Below are positions 1 through 12,422 of a stretch of 64,000 nt of DNA, piece by piece (position 1 is the stretch's first letter; the number at the start of each line of letters is the position of its first letter). Under the pieces are notes generated by a model. That model did no database searches. It was not told where the DNA came from and saw only the letters and a program-made list of their open reading frames with translations. The translations under genes were made by a program, and so were the position numbers. This DNA comes from Cirrosporium novae-zelandiae (Eukaryota), in assembly GCA_026023565.1 (NCBI GenBank), contig JAPETS010000028.1, forward strand, positions 1 to 64,000. The letters run 5' to 3'.

Positions 1-126
<126 letters not shown>

Positions 127-1033
127 ACAGCTAATCCTTCTTGTTGTTCCAACTTAAACGTCAAAAACATCCCAACACCACCCTTTTTTTCCTGAAGCCT
201 TCTTGATTTACTTTTAGTTAATTGCTAAGGGTAAAGAAAGGTGTGTTTTAGTCAAGTGTTTCAGGATGCCCCCGCACATACCATGTACTGTACACACACA
301 CACACTAGACTAGTGTTTATGTTTCTTTCCCTTAAATGGTTGAAGATCGGCATAGAATGGTTGCTAGATTCGAGGGAAATCATTCTAGACTTCCAGCCGA
401 TGGGTTTTGGAATTTAGGTTATCTCTTTTTTTTTTTTTTGGAGGCGGATTGTTACAGAGAGTAGGATTGCATTACATACTCGAGTACACAGTACTTAATA
501 TTTTTACGGGCATCATCGGGATTAGAAAAGGTGATGTAATGCAGTTACTTTTTTTTTTACTTTTGCCTGTAAAAGGGGGTGGGTGGTGTACAAATTGGTT
601 ATGTATTTATTGTATCAAGCTATTTTTTGCTGCAAGGTACAGAAAGCTTTCCCTCCACCAAAGTTTTTGTTTTGGAATGACGACATGACCTTCAGACAAA
701 TGTGGCTCTTTTTACGATTTTCGTGTTTTCCCACAAATTCAATTTACACGGGGTCACGGGATTTTCTTTTATACAGCACGGATTGCTAGCAGCTGGACCT
801 GCTTCATTAACCACAAGATGAAATATGAACCTTTAAAAGAGTTAAAAAAATCAGACCCTTAAAGTGTGTGCGTGGTGTAAATTGTATACAATCTACGTAC
901 GTACGAAGAAGAGAGACAATGATAATAGAGACGTAATAGCTCTTTGGTCTCCGATACGCCACCGCTACCCTTATGCAGTATCCCGACCATATGTGGATTG
1001 ATCGATTTAATCGATACACAAACTTTTATGGGT

Positions 1034-1873
1034 TTAAGCCTCTTCCTTGTTCATTGAGGCATTGAACGGATCGGGACCATCGGTGTCGAGTAATTGGACT
1101 GTTTTACCATCCGGCATCTCGAGCGACCATTCTTGGGTTTGGAACTGTGGTTGATGGTATGATAGTTAGCATATAGATATGACTGGCGGTAGGAAAAATA
1201 TAGAATTTGTGAATATTCTTATATTCTTCAGTGGTAGGTAATAGGGAACACAGGCAAGGACGGGGGGGTTTACTGGTCCGGTCGAGTGACTCTCGTATAG
1301 TCGGACGGACAGGATGCCCAGTCTTCCTCAATCTACCAGTTACATATGCTAGAGAAACGCAAAGCCAAGCGGTATATGGAAATGAACCAATATATTGAAG
1401 ATTCTACTCACATAACCCATCCTCGTTGGCCGCACACTCTTAAATCTCATTAACCCCTTCCCCTTGGTCCCCTTCACCCAATACCTCAGATCAATTTTCC
1501 CATGCATCTGATTCAGTTGCCCTCTAATCAGCGGTATCTTCGCGGCAAAGTAAATCTCATCACCTAGCAGCTCGCGGGCCTTGGGGCTCGTCCGCAGTGC
1601 ATACAATGTGCTGCTGACGACGGGAGAGCTGGATTTCTGGTAGTTGAAGATGGCGAGGCTGGAGATGCCGATTATGGCGAGGAAGATAGGCATGGTGCGT
1701 AGCCACGCATGACTGGAGGAGGAAGAGATGTCGGGGAGTTCGCGGTCGGCCCGCCGTTCCAGGAGGGGACCACTGCCTGGCCGGGGTGCTGCGACGAGGG
1801 TGCGGATGGGAGTGCGTTGGAGGGGGCGGAGGGCGAAATGCGAGGAACGCAGGCGGAATGATCTGATGATCAT
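1034..1873 (-). CDS. COA1: Cytochrome c oxidase assembly factor 1 (Coa1/DUF1783), 2 exons: 1873-1412, 1144-1034
   Basis: Arg/Ser-rich mitochondrial presequence, one TM, FNYQKSSSPVVSSTLYALR motif. The GTGAGT..GCTAAC..CAG intron joins RMGY to FQTQEWSLEMPDGKTVQLL...EEA*. Confidence 0.88.
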
Positions 1874-1973
1874 GGTGAAGGGCGTAGAGTAGAGAGAATG
1901 ATGAAATAGTGCCAATGGAGCAGTGCTGCTGAGGTTGAGGTATGAGAAGATGGTGCTCTATCTAGAGTTTGGC

Positions 1974-1981
1974 ATCACGTG
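1974..1981. promoter_or_regulatory. ATCACGTG E-box in the 238-bp bidirectional COA1 / membrane-protein promoter
   Basis: The same 8-mer occurs in reverse upstream of the JmjC gene (10321-10328) and CCDC25 (11737-11744). It is a bHLH (Cbf1/SREBP-type) consensus. Confidence 0.35.
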
Positions 1982-2111
1982 CTGACATGTCGGTGCGACA
2001 CTTCTCCGATAATTTATCATGCATAGTCTATGCACACGCCTGTTCCCTCTTTCTGCTACAAGTAGTTCCATACCAAGTACCCAACTTATCTAGTAGATAT
2101 ATCGGATTACC

Positions 2112-2863
2112 ATGGCTGCAGCGAGGTTACGCAGAACATTTCGTTATCCAGAAGATGACAGTACAGGAGATGAGCGCGACGAGCTAGATGAAGAAGGTGC
2201 GTCGAGTGAATAAACAAATCTAGAACCTGAGATTGCTGTATAAGGGAACTAGAAAGCAGCTCACACCCGTCTAGAGCAAGAAGCTATTATCGAGAACTTG
2301 CGCCTAGAAGATGAGGGACGCAACAAACTCTACACTGTATATATATTCTATACTTTGGATATCTACACCTGATTACTGAATGCCATAGACAATTTTCGCT
2401 GCCCTTCCCTTAATTCTCACTACCACATTCCTCCCAGCTCTTTTTGGTTCCAGCCCGTCGTTGATCAAGCTCATCTCACTCCTCGGTATCACTTCATTAG
2501 GAGCCACTGCTTACACCCTGATCTTCATTCCAATACCCAAACCCGATCCGAAGGGTAAGCGACCGTTATATAGAGCTGTACAAGAGGAGGGTCCGCTGCA
2601 GAAGTACCTTGAGCTTTTGAATGGAGCTCTATGTGCTTTGCTAAGTATCGCGGCTTGGCGAATAAAGGATAAGCAGGGAGCGCATGAAGGCTTCTGGATG
2701 ATCTGTCTGGTGCCTGCTGGTAAGACAAATCAAAGGTAGTTGCAGGATGATACTGATGGGAGGGATAGTTATGTTCGTGCTCATTACGATTGCAAGGAGG
2801 GTGATGCATACAGTTAATATCGATGAGCTGGAAAGGCTGCGTTATGAATACAAGGGCGCATGA
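2112..2863 (+). CDS. Conserved fungal small multi-TM hypothetical protein, 4 exons: 2112-2196, 2275-2336, 2389-2719, 2769-2863
   Basis: The spliced frame reads MAAARLRRTFRYPEDD...LDEEEQEAIIENL...TM segments...ELERLRYEYKGA*. All introns are GT-AG and phase-consistent. Confidence 0.8.
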
Positions 2864-3058
2864 GGTATCGGATTTACCATTCTATGAGTTCCTTTCATAC
2901 GCTTTTCATGCAGGTTAGTTAGGAGATGCATATGTTATTAAGCATTCATAATCATAATGAGTTATGCAGCAAATGATGGTTAATCACATAACTTCATTGT
3001 AAAAGTCATGTTTGGCAGTTTCTCATATTTTACGAAAGGGTGTGCAATACTTCAAGTA

Positions 3059-4005
3059 TTACGCTGTCGCCGTTGTCTGAACGGAAGCAGCATCTGTAGG
3101 TATCACCGGCCAAGGTTTCTTAAGTGCATCTTGGAGCCTGATAAATGATTTTCGTGGACCTGGAATAGCGCCTAGAATAGCTTTAGTATGGTTTATCCCT
3201 TCCATAGAATCATGGACTTACCACTTATAACCACAATTCCTTCATTTTGGAAGACCTTCAAGATCTTTAGATTCTGTACAGTAACCTGCTCCGCGCCCAT
3301 GTTTCCGGCCATCTTTTTTCCTGGCAGAACCCGAGAACCACCACCTTGACTCTGACCCGCCGAACCCATTGCTCTATGAGTTAAGGATGTACCGTGGCTG
3401 GCTGGTTGACCGTGGAAACCCCACCTCTTCATTCCACCTTCGAAGCCCATGCCCCTGCTCACACCCCTCACATCAACATATTGTCCTTCCTGGAACCAAT
3501 TTGGCTCGATCATCTTCCCGATAGGCAACAGTCCGCTTTCATCCTTTACCCTGAACTCTATCAGCTCCTCTTTAGGGCTAACCCCATTAGCAGTAAAATG
3601 CCCCAATTCCGGTTTCTTCACCCGGCTGGGATGGTTCCATCCACATCCAACCTGTACTGCATAGTATCCATGTCTTTGTCGTGTTTTGTGCGATACAACT
3701 TGACATCGATCCAACTGTACGATAGTGCATGGGGTGCGTTTCCCAGTTTCAAGATCGTAAAGGGCCGTCATTCCCTTTTTCATAGCAATTGCACCAGTTC
3801 GAAGAGGTAGTGTGGCGGATTTCCTTTGGAGAGCTGCTGCGGCTGAAGCGCCGAGAATTGGGATGGAAGGAGACTTATTAAACCGGCTAGGACGTTGTTT
3901 TTGGATGGACTTGATGGTGCGTTTGGGAACATGGTGGAGCTCTACCCGAGGAAGGAGGAAGGGGAGAGGTGAGGCAAAAAGACTGGGAGGTGGTCGAGGA
4001 GGCAT
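3059..4005 (-). CDS. MRPL9: Mitochondrial ribosomal protein uL3m (L3 family), 2 exons: 4005-3222, 3171-3059
   Basis: L3 motifs KKGMT, GYYAVQVG, GQYVDV..SRGMGFEGGMKRWGF, PASHG, GKKMAGNMG. Exon 2 gives GAIPGPRKSFIRLQDALKKPWP. Confidence 0.93.
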
Positions 4006-4332
4006 TGTATCTGTTTGAGTGGAGTATTGTAAAACTTATAATCTATTTCGTTTCTGGACCTTTGGAGTTTAGAGAGATGAAAGTTCGCTATCGGGGAAAA
4101 GCCGGAGTCGGCACCGAACAATACATCAGAAATGCGAAATATGAGCGCAAAAGGCTACAAAAGGTTACAAGCTCCCCCTCCCCCGTCAGCATTTAACTCC
4201 AAGAGGACGCTCGTCCCACAATGGTGCCTCTACATCTTTCTTAATACTCCAAATTCTACCTCATAGTCCTCTTTAATTGAAAAATATAGCTATTTCCTCT
4301 CTTTTCCCTCGTAGGGAGGGAATCGACCGATT

Positions 4333-5169
4333 ATGCAGGCTTTCCGGTCATTCCAAGAGCTTCGGGTTGCCCAGCTCTTCCGCCTTCAAGCTGTCCACAT
4401 AACTCCCTCACAATCCTTGAAGACTTCAATAATTTCCCCTCGCGTGCAGAAGCGCCTCTATCATTTTCAAATATCCTCTAAACTTCTTGCACGCTACCCA
4501 CAATCTCGCCTTGTCCGCCGCTTCCAATCTTTCCACTTACGCTTCAGCTCTTCCAAATCAAACCCCAAACCACCCAACGCTTCTGAACCTTCTCTCTCCT
4601 TGACGCAGCGCCTGCGTAAGCTTAGTAGGGAATATGGCTGGTCAGCGTTAGGTGTATATCTTGCTTTATCTGCTCTTGATTTCCCTTTTAGTTTCCTCGC
4701 GGTGCGGTGGCTTGGGACCGAGAGGATTGGACACTGGGAGCATATTATAATAGAGAATGTCAAAGAGTTCATACGCTGGGAAAAAATCAAGGACATGATT
4801 AAGTGGCCACTGGGAATCAACACAAATTTAGAGCAAGCAGAAGCGCAGGAGGGGGTTGGTCCGGGCGAGGTGAGCAATGAATTGGTTGGGGTTGGATATG
4901 ATCATGGAGTCAAAGAAGCAGAGCAAAGGAACATGAGTGACAATGCCAGTATGTGCTTTCTAACCTCTTTGAACTATTTATTGGCTTACTAATCCCATTG
5001 AATAGGTATATGGACGCAGCTCGCGTTGGCATACGCTATACATAAAAGTTTCATTTTCATTAGGGTTCCTCTCACTGCTGCCGTCACACCAAAAGTCGTT
5101 AAGGTGTTGAGAGGCTGGGGTTGGGATATTGGCAAAAGAAGACCAAAGATAAAGAAGGACGTCAAATGA
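4333..5169 (+). CDS. NAT2: Nat2/FAM210-like DUF1279 mitochondrial membrane protein, 2 exons: 4333-4948, 5006-5169
   Basis: RLRKLSREYGWSALGVYLALSALDFPF and exon-2 SIWTQLALAYAIHKSFIFIRVPLTAAVTPKVVK are typical of DUF1279. The N-terminus looks like a presequence. Confidence 0.82.
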
Positions 5170-5673
5170 GGAAAAATGTATACACTGTATCATATTAGAC
5201 GTGGGCACTGGTAACGAATCAAATATCCACTCCCGTAATAGTCGTCTACCCCGCGTGAGAACTGAGCATTGTATATTTTTTAATAAGTTCCAGTAATAGC
5301 TCGGTGTTACTTTAGGTGTAGATGTTGAGGTATGCAGCAAGGAGTATTCTAAGGAATATTTGCTCTTCTATGCCCCGAGCCATGTTACAACGACATTATT
5401 TGCAGATTACGTCACTGGAGGGTGTAGTTGAATATAGTACACTTGATAGTAACAGTTGAAATCATCGTCCTGCTTTGTAAAGAAGGAAGAGCCTGCACAA
5501 AGTACATTCCATTTTTGCTCCTAGACATCATGCTTCCCCTCAGCAACCTTATTTAGTCCTAGGCTCGAAATACAGTAGATCTTTTGAAACTACAACTTTG
5601 ATGCAGGCTATATCGTGACGTCGGTAGCGTCTTTTGACTACGCATCCATTATCACCACAGCTCGCTATCAAAT

Positions 5674-8600
5674 CTAACGACGAACTTCACTCTTTCTAGG
5701 TCTTCCACGGGGCCTTTTGGGTGTGAGGTTTTTCTTTTCAGTAGCAAGTGCCTTCAAGTCAGGTGACATATTTTGCATTCGTCGTGCTCCCCTAGGTGCC
5801 TTGGCAAGGCCGTCGAGGGAAAGTGGAGATGAGGATCTTATTGCTTTCTTGTTTTTAGCTTTGGAAGGAGACGTTGGACTCTTGTGAGAACGTTGTACTG
5901 GTAAGTCTCCAATATCACCGTTGTTGGAAACCCATGATTCGCTACTGCTGTTGCTAAAAATGTCATCGTCATCTCCTTCTGCCCAGCGCATAGCCATCAT
6001 CTTCGCCCGAAGATTTTTCTCTACTTCCGAGAGATGATGTTGGTCATGAGATTCCGGTGTTGGCTTGGTTTGCTTAGGTTTGGATGTTCCCTCTCGTGGA
6101 TTTAAAGCAGTGGTGCCTTCGACTTTACGATGGCCTTTCGGGATAGACACTGCAGTAACCGAAATCTTTCCACTAGAAATAGTCGATTCAGATGATACTT
6201 CTCTATAATCATGGATTGGTAGAATGGCTGTAACTTCCTCAACAATGTCTCCAATCTGATCATTGAAATCTCCTCTGATTACATCTAGCTGCATTGATTC
6301 CGGATCGATATCATTGTCAGTAGAAAGAGGAGTAGCTTTTCGGGAATCATTGTTTGAATCGGGTTGATATTGGAGCTCTATATCCTGGATAACCTCATCA
6401 ACCATAACTGGGTGGGCTATGCTCAAATTTTTATTTGTATTAGTTCCAGCTATGCTGCTTGATGTTTCCCTAGACATATTTGCTGATGATTCTTGGGTAG
6501 CCTCGCGTCTAGAACTAGTTGAAGGAGATATTGAATCTCCTGTATTTTCTTCATGATCCCCATAACGACGAGCTAAATATGCTGGGACCCGCCTACCAGG
6601 TTTACTGCCTTGCCGAGATTGGACATCAAACGTCGGGACTTGTACATCATCACTATCCTCATCATCGAAGTTCATGTCCCCTAATTTCGTCGTCCTTCGT
6701 GGTCTACCTCGTTTTTTATGGTTTAATGGTCCATTTTTAATTGAGAAGTCCTCATCGTCTGTACCTTCCGCCAAGTCTCTGGTTTCTGTTTGCGTGAGTG
6801 GCAGATCAGATTGAAGAATCAACTCGCCAGTTTCCTCTCTACTTTGGGAGCCTACTGAAGGGATCGTCTGCGTTGGCGATGGCAAATTAGCAATTCTGGC
6901 GAGTTTGCTTTTATCAATTTGGAGTATAACCCGAAGAGATTGACCTCTCGCTGCAGCTTGTGCACTAATATACCGATCATGTCTCCTAGCTTCTGAGAAA
7001 GCTCGATGCAGTTGAGCCTGTTGATATTGTCTATTGGCATCATCCTGAGCAAAAGGCTCCAAGAATGGAGTGAAATCTTGCCTCTTCCGTTTTCGTCCTT
7101 CTTGAATCCGAGACGCTTCAGCCGCAATACGCTGCAATGACTGGTATCTTTGTGACTCCAGGTCGGGTACCATGGTTGGACCCACAACACTAGGAAAAGG
7201 TTGAATGACTTCGGGCCCCAGTCTGGTATTCGAAGCTGCTGTACTGGCATTAGGCCCCTGCGGGCGGTCTCGAGATTCAAGGCCGGCCAAGGAAGCAAAT
7301 GTCTCTGGAGAACGTTCCAGCACAGACATCTCTTGCCCTTGGTCTGGCGTTAATCGGCGTAGAGGTTCTGCTTGACTAGAAAATTGACCATCGAGAGCTC
7401 GTGATAGTGGAGGCAATTCGACTCTGTTCTGGGTTGAGCTCTCTGAGAGGAGGGAAACCGTAGGCAGACTGGGTGATATCTGTCGCGCGGTATTATTATG
7501 ATTTTCGCTATTGACAGGAGAACCTTGCAGGGAAGTTCTGGATGATTCGATAGAGATACCTCCGTTCGGAGAGTAGAGAATAACATCATTTATAGACCCG
7601 GTACCGACTGGACCGGACTCGTCTTCATCACCAGAATGATCACTCAATGTTGTAGTTTTGAGTTTAGCCTTTTCCGCTTCCTCGCGTTTCTTCTGCAACC
7701 TTCGTGTTTCATATGGGTGATCATCTCTAAATTTCTTTAACCATTGGATATTTGAATGGCTAAAATCAACAAGGCTTTCGACGCTCCGAATATCAGCAAT
7801 TTTCTTGGTATCGTGACCCAACAAAGTGCCCGTCGGTTCGAATGGCTTCATATCAGGATTATCTTTGCACCGATGGCAAGAACATATTTTGAGACATTTC
7901 GGGCACTTCCAGCTAGGGTTCTCTAAAATAGTTTGGGGCATCAAATCAAAACCTCGCCATAGACTTCCAAAACAATACGCTTGGCCACAGCTACAGAAGG
8001 CGAGTTTCCAATTCGGGTCCCGGGACCGACAGACATGGCATGGCGTATGCTCTTTATGCCATTTCGCAGAGTGGCGAAGCTTGCGTCTTTTCTTGATAGT
8101 CCCATCATCATTGACCTGGCCCTCGTCTTCTATCTCTATAGGTTCACGAACCAAGGGTTTGGAGATGTCCCGCCAGGGACGAATCCTCAACTGCTCTTGG
8201 CAAATCTGAGCCAGGGTCTTTTTCTTCATTTGAGCCCGTTCAGTCTCCAGGGATTGTGGCAATCTACCATTGGTGATTCCACCCAATGAAATAATCTGTT
8301 GCCTCCAAGCTTCATAGTTCTCGATCAGTACCGCCCAAGGAAACTGCTCGACCCATCTTAGCTTCGAAATACACTCACAACTCCGACCCATTGCATAGCA
8401 GTCCATGCAAATATCATACGTATCTTCTTGACCCTCTCCATAGGGAATAACACATGTTGGACAAGTGAGGAAGCGATTGAAGATGTTACACCTGCAATAA
8501 GAGCAGGTGACATTGCTATCATAAGGAAGATACTCAACCTTCTTCTCGGATGGTAATTCTAGGGAAAACATTTCGGAGAGTAGTATAGTAGAATAGAGGG

Positions 8601-9889
8601 CGAACAGTCGCCGAAAATCTCTTTTCAGTCCTCGAATTTTCAGTCCTCTATTGGGTGGACTGTGTAGATCAGATACAAGCATAGATTGGTTCTGAGATTC
8701 AACTTGCTTGAGAAGGAGCGAATACTTCTGTAAAGTATAGTACACGATAGCTTTATTTTTGTATTGCTCGTCTCGGCACACCATCCGGGCCCCAGGTAAA
8801 GCCTCACCTAGAGCCATCTCTAATGTTTCAACAGTGGTCCGATTCCATGCCACTTTCATGGTGCGAGTTCCACGATTCCAGACCTGATGGGGTGCAAGTG
8901 GTGGTATCAATATAAGATCCCCAGCTCTCTGTTCCACAATGTATGCTTTGAAAGGGGCTGCTTTCCAAGCATTAACTTGGGCAAAATGATTTTCGATCTC
9001 AATGTCATGACCAAGCGTAGATAGCCAGTACTCAGAAACCAAAAATCGATCCTTAGTTTCAGTCATGAACCATATTGAGGATCCTGGTTTGGAAGGTTTC
9101 CCTCCCTCGTCTAGAGTACCCGACGTTTCGACCATGATGTTCTGTCCTAAACTTGCACACATTTCTCGGTGTGCCGGTGTATAGGTTCCCTCGTGGCCAA
9201 TATAGCACATTAAATTTTCAGCTCTCATTTCTAGTGGGAGACTACTCATGAGGTCCCCAGCCCTTGCTACGCCTCTTCCTTTCTTCATACCTGGCCCACG
9301 CGGATCAGGTTCATCTACAGCTCCAGGGCCACCAATCTCACCAGTATTCTCATTAAGGTAGAATACACTAGGAGGTAGTTGATGTTTCAACTTATCGTGC
9401 CATACCTGGGGGCAATCAATATCTTTGAGGTATATGCGTTGCCGATTGGTGTCTTTGTAGTTGTAGGTGTTCCATTGATTAGTGAGGACAGCCATGTGAT
9501 TAAGGTAATGACTGATAGATAAGGGTAGATCTTCGCCTTTAGAGAGGTTGCGAGCATTCTCAACTGAGCTCAAGTTAGATTGAAGCGCCCAAGAATAAGT
9601 GATTTACGAGGGGTTCATTACACTTTTTCCCATAATTATCCTGCAACCACTGCGCTGCAAATGTCCATCGATCAAGGCGTTCTTGGAAACCCTCTATTAC
9701 TAGGGGCTTTCCCCCGTGAACCACATGGCGTAGCACTGCTTTGTCGAACGCTTCGAGGCCCTGCTGATTGATGACATTGCAATGCACCCTGGTAACATAT
9801 TCAAAGTTTGGTGTGCCTTCGACCAGAGCTTTAAGGTCAAGATCTGGTGAGATAGGTTCGAAACGGGCTCGGGGTCTTTGCGCCGGCAT
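5674..9889 (-). CDS. JmjC-domain chromatin protein with Cys-rich Zn fingers (zf-4CXXC_R1-like) and AT-hooks, 2 exons: 9889-9622, 9563-5674
   Basis: JmjC Fe ligands HxE (TPAHREMC) and distal H (PPLAPHQVWN); CxxC clusters (CSYC, CPTC, CMDC; CHVC..CPKCLKICSCHRC); AT-hooks KRGRPRR and RPRGRPRK. A 58-nt GT-AG intron joins GKK to FENARNL. Confidence 0.9.
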
Positions 9890-10642
9890 GTTAACAGCTC
9901 TGGAAAGCTATACGCGCCTCTTTGGTAGTAGCTTAATCGTGTTCGCTTGTGAATGGGAATTAGACTAGAATGCAAGTTGAAGGGGAAAGAGCGCCTCAAA
10001 AGCTATGCAGAGCACTCTGTTGGGTTGATGTTTAGGATTCATTGAAAGTCGAAAGTAACTAAGAGCCCAAGAATGATGAGAGATGAGTTAAAGATATTAG
10101 CTAGTTAGGTTGTGCTATTTAGTGCTAGAAGCGAATTCGCATGAAGTAATAACAATTCCAAAGTTGGAGACTCAATCCGCATTGTGGAAGACGTTTGTAT
10201 ATTCGGACGCTGGGTGAGCTGGGTGCCTTTAAACGTAAGTGGAGGTACCGTACCTAGCCTAAGCATAAATAATTATCGGGAGATAGTAAACGCTCTGGCT
10301 CCGATGTTGGGCTAAATTACCACGTGATTGGTTTCTGCACTTAGAGTCTGGTCAACACATTATCTAACAATCATTGCATCTTTCTTTACTTTACATATCC
10401 CGTGTATGTTGTTGGGAATAATTCTGAGATGGATTCAAGAATGTATATACTTTGAGTGGGGTTTCTTAAGCGAGTGCTTTGCATATGATAACGGTTTTTA
10501 TCCTCTGCAATGACTATGGGATGTGACGAAGGTAATGAATGATAGTTATAGGGCCAATTGCTTTCTAGAAGATAACTCATCTAAGGCCATCCTCGGATCC
10601 ATATAGTAGAGACAACCCAATAAAGAGCCCCGCCCCTACCCT

Positions 10643-11587
10643 TCACATGAAATCATCAAGGAAATCCGTCCCTCTATCCTGGTTACTGCTTGCTTCCATA
10701 TTTTCCTCGGAGAAGAGGTCGTCGTATGCATGGTCCTTCTCATACTTCAGCTTCCTTCGATTATCCATTTCTCTTTTCTCCTCCTTGCGCCTCTTTTCTT
10801 CCATCTGCCTTTCCTTCCTTCGTTTGTCCTTGAGATGCGCCTCCTTCTCCCCAGCAAAGTCGGGAGTCTCATTCGTTACTCGAGTCTTGTTCAAGCGATT
10901 GATGATAGCGTTTTCGCGAGTTGCGATGTGGGTTCTTTTCACGAGTGCTAAATTGTAAAAGGAGACAGCACCTGTCGCCATGGAAGAGTCTTTGTGTAAG
11001 TTCGAGTGTGGCGTATAGACCACTGTTATATTGTCTTTCTTATTCCCTAATAAAAGGGTCAGACTAAGGTTCTGCGTAGTAAAAAAAGTATAGTATAATT
11101 CAGCATGCATTTGAGTACCTTCAATCGAATTGGCTTTGGTCAGCTGCGCACAGTCTTTGAGGAGCGCATCTGGAATAGTTTCCCATGACTGATCTTCGCG
11201 AAGGCGGAGATAAATATGCGCGCTCGATAGTTTATCAACGTGAAACTAGGAGAAATATTCGTTTGTCTGAGGCCACTTCATGAGGAGGCGATAGGAATTT
11301 TGAGGGAAATTTAAGATACGAAAGCAATAGAAGGTCATACCCTAGAGGACGGACTTCGTCAGTGAAACTTTATATAAACTAAGGCGAGTAAAATATATTT
11401 ACCAGACATCTTCCTCCCAGCCATATTTAATTAGGTCCTCATCTGCAACGTATCAATTATATCAGCTGAGAGGATAAGGTAGGTTAGCTATCAAAAGACT
11501 CATTCCTCACTTACTCTCTTCCTTGTCCCTGCCAACATATATTTCAGCAGCAGGCGAGATCACACTAGATTTGAAATAATAGACCAT
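10643..11587 (-). CDS. CCDC25/Jlp2 (DUF814, NFACT-R) protein, 5 exons: 11587-11515, 11442-11403, 11341 (1 nt), 11245-11119, 11046-10643
   Basis: MVYYF..[58 protein letters not shown]..DDFM*. The frame closes only with a single-G exon between two GT-AG introns. Confidence 0.88.
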
Positions 11588-12422
11588 CTTGCTAGAATTA
11601 ATTAAGGTGAGCTGTCTCCCCTTGGAAAAGGAGAACTTCATAAAATATATCTCTAATAGGAAAGTTTGAAACTACGGAATGAAATATCTACACTTAACGT
11701 CCGACGGATTAACAAACAAGCGGCAGACTGATTTTACACGTGATTCTAAGAATATTATTTCTTACACCATGCCAAGACATTTCTGTATGGTAAATGTATT
11801 AATTGAAAATTGAAGTATATGATAGCTAATGATAACTAATATTAATCTACTTAAAATCAGGTTTATGCAAAAACCAATCAATACTTTACAACTATAAGCT
11901 TTCAACTTGATGCTATAGTGACAAAGTAACAACTTCTTGGTAATGGTGAGATACTTGATGGACTAATCAACATCCCTGGTAACTGATTTGATATTTTTTG
12001 GTTATTTGAACTGCTAGTCCTTAGACGGGCTACTAGGTTAATTGATCAAACTCCATAGGCACACTGTGGAACCAACGTCAATCCTCAGTCATGCCTAGGC
12101 CAGTTGCCTAGTGCTTTTAGAATTGAACATGACTGTTTTCTGAACTAGTAAGCTAAGTACGTACTACTATCAATGAAGCCATTCGTAAAATGGTATTTTA
12201 AACGAATGACTTCTAATGTAGACGACTTCGATTATTTGTTGCCCCAAAGGAATTTGTTATCTGCAGTAAAGCAATTGTGGAAAACTAAACTATGAATCGT
12301 TAGCTCAATGATGGACGAACATGGGAGCAAAATGTCTGATTTAGACTCTACCTACTCGGAGATAAGCATAGAAACACGACATCCGAAGGACACTTTCCCA
12401 TCCATGCTAACTATGAGAAGGC

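Noticed and set aside
407..1019. Short ORFs 407-688, 583-789 and 807-1019
   Set aside because: Non-ATG starts, homopolymer-rich low-complexity sequence and no recognisable motif; probably UTR or intergenic.
3394..9968. Antisense or overlapping ORFs inside MRPL9, NAT2 and the JmjC gene
   Set aside because: Shadow frames of well-supported genes with no independent features.
11246..11402. Canonical [D1,2] or [A2,3] stwintron reading of the CCDC25 intron pair
   Set aside because: Both introns have complete, uninterrupted donors and acceptors, and the intervening G is needed in the mRNA, so it is an exon rather than part of a split splice site.
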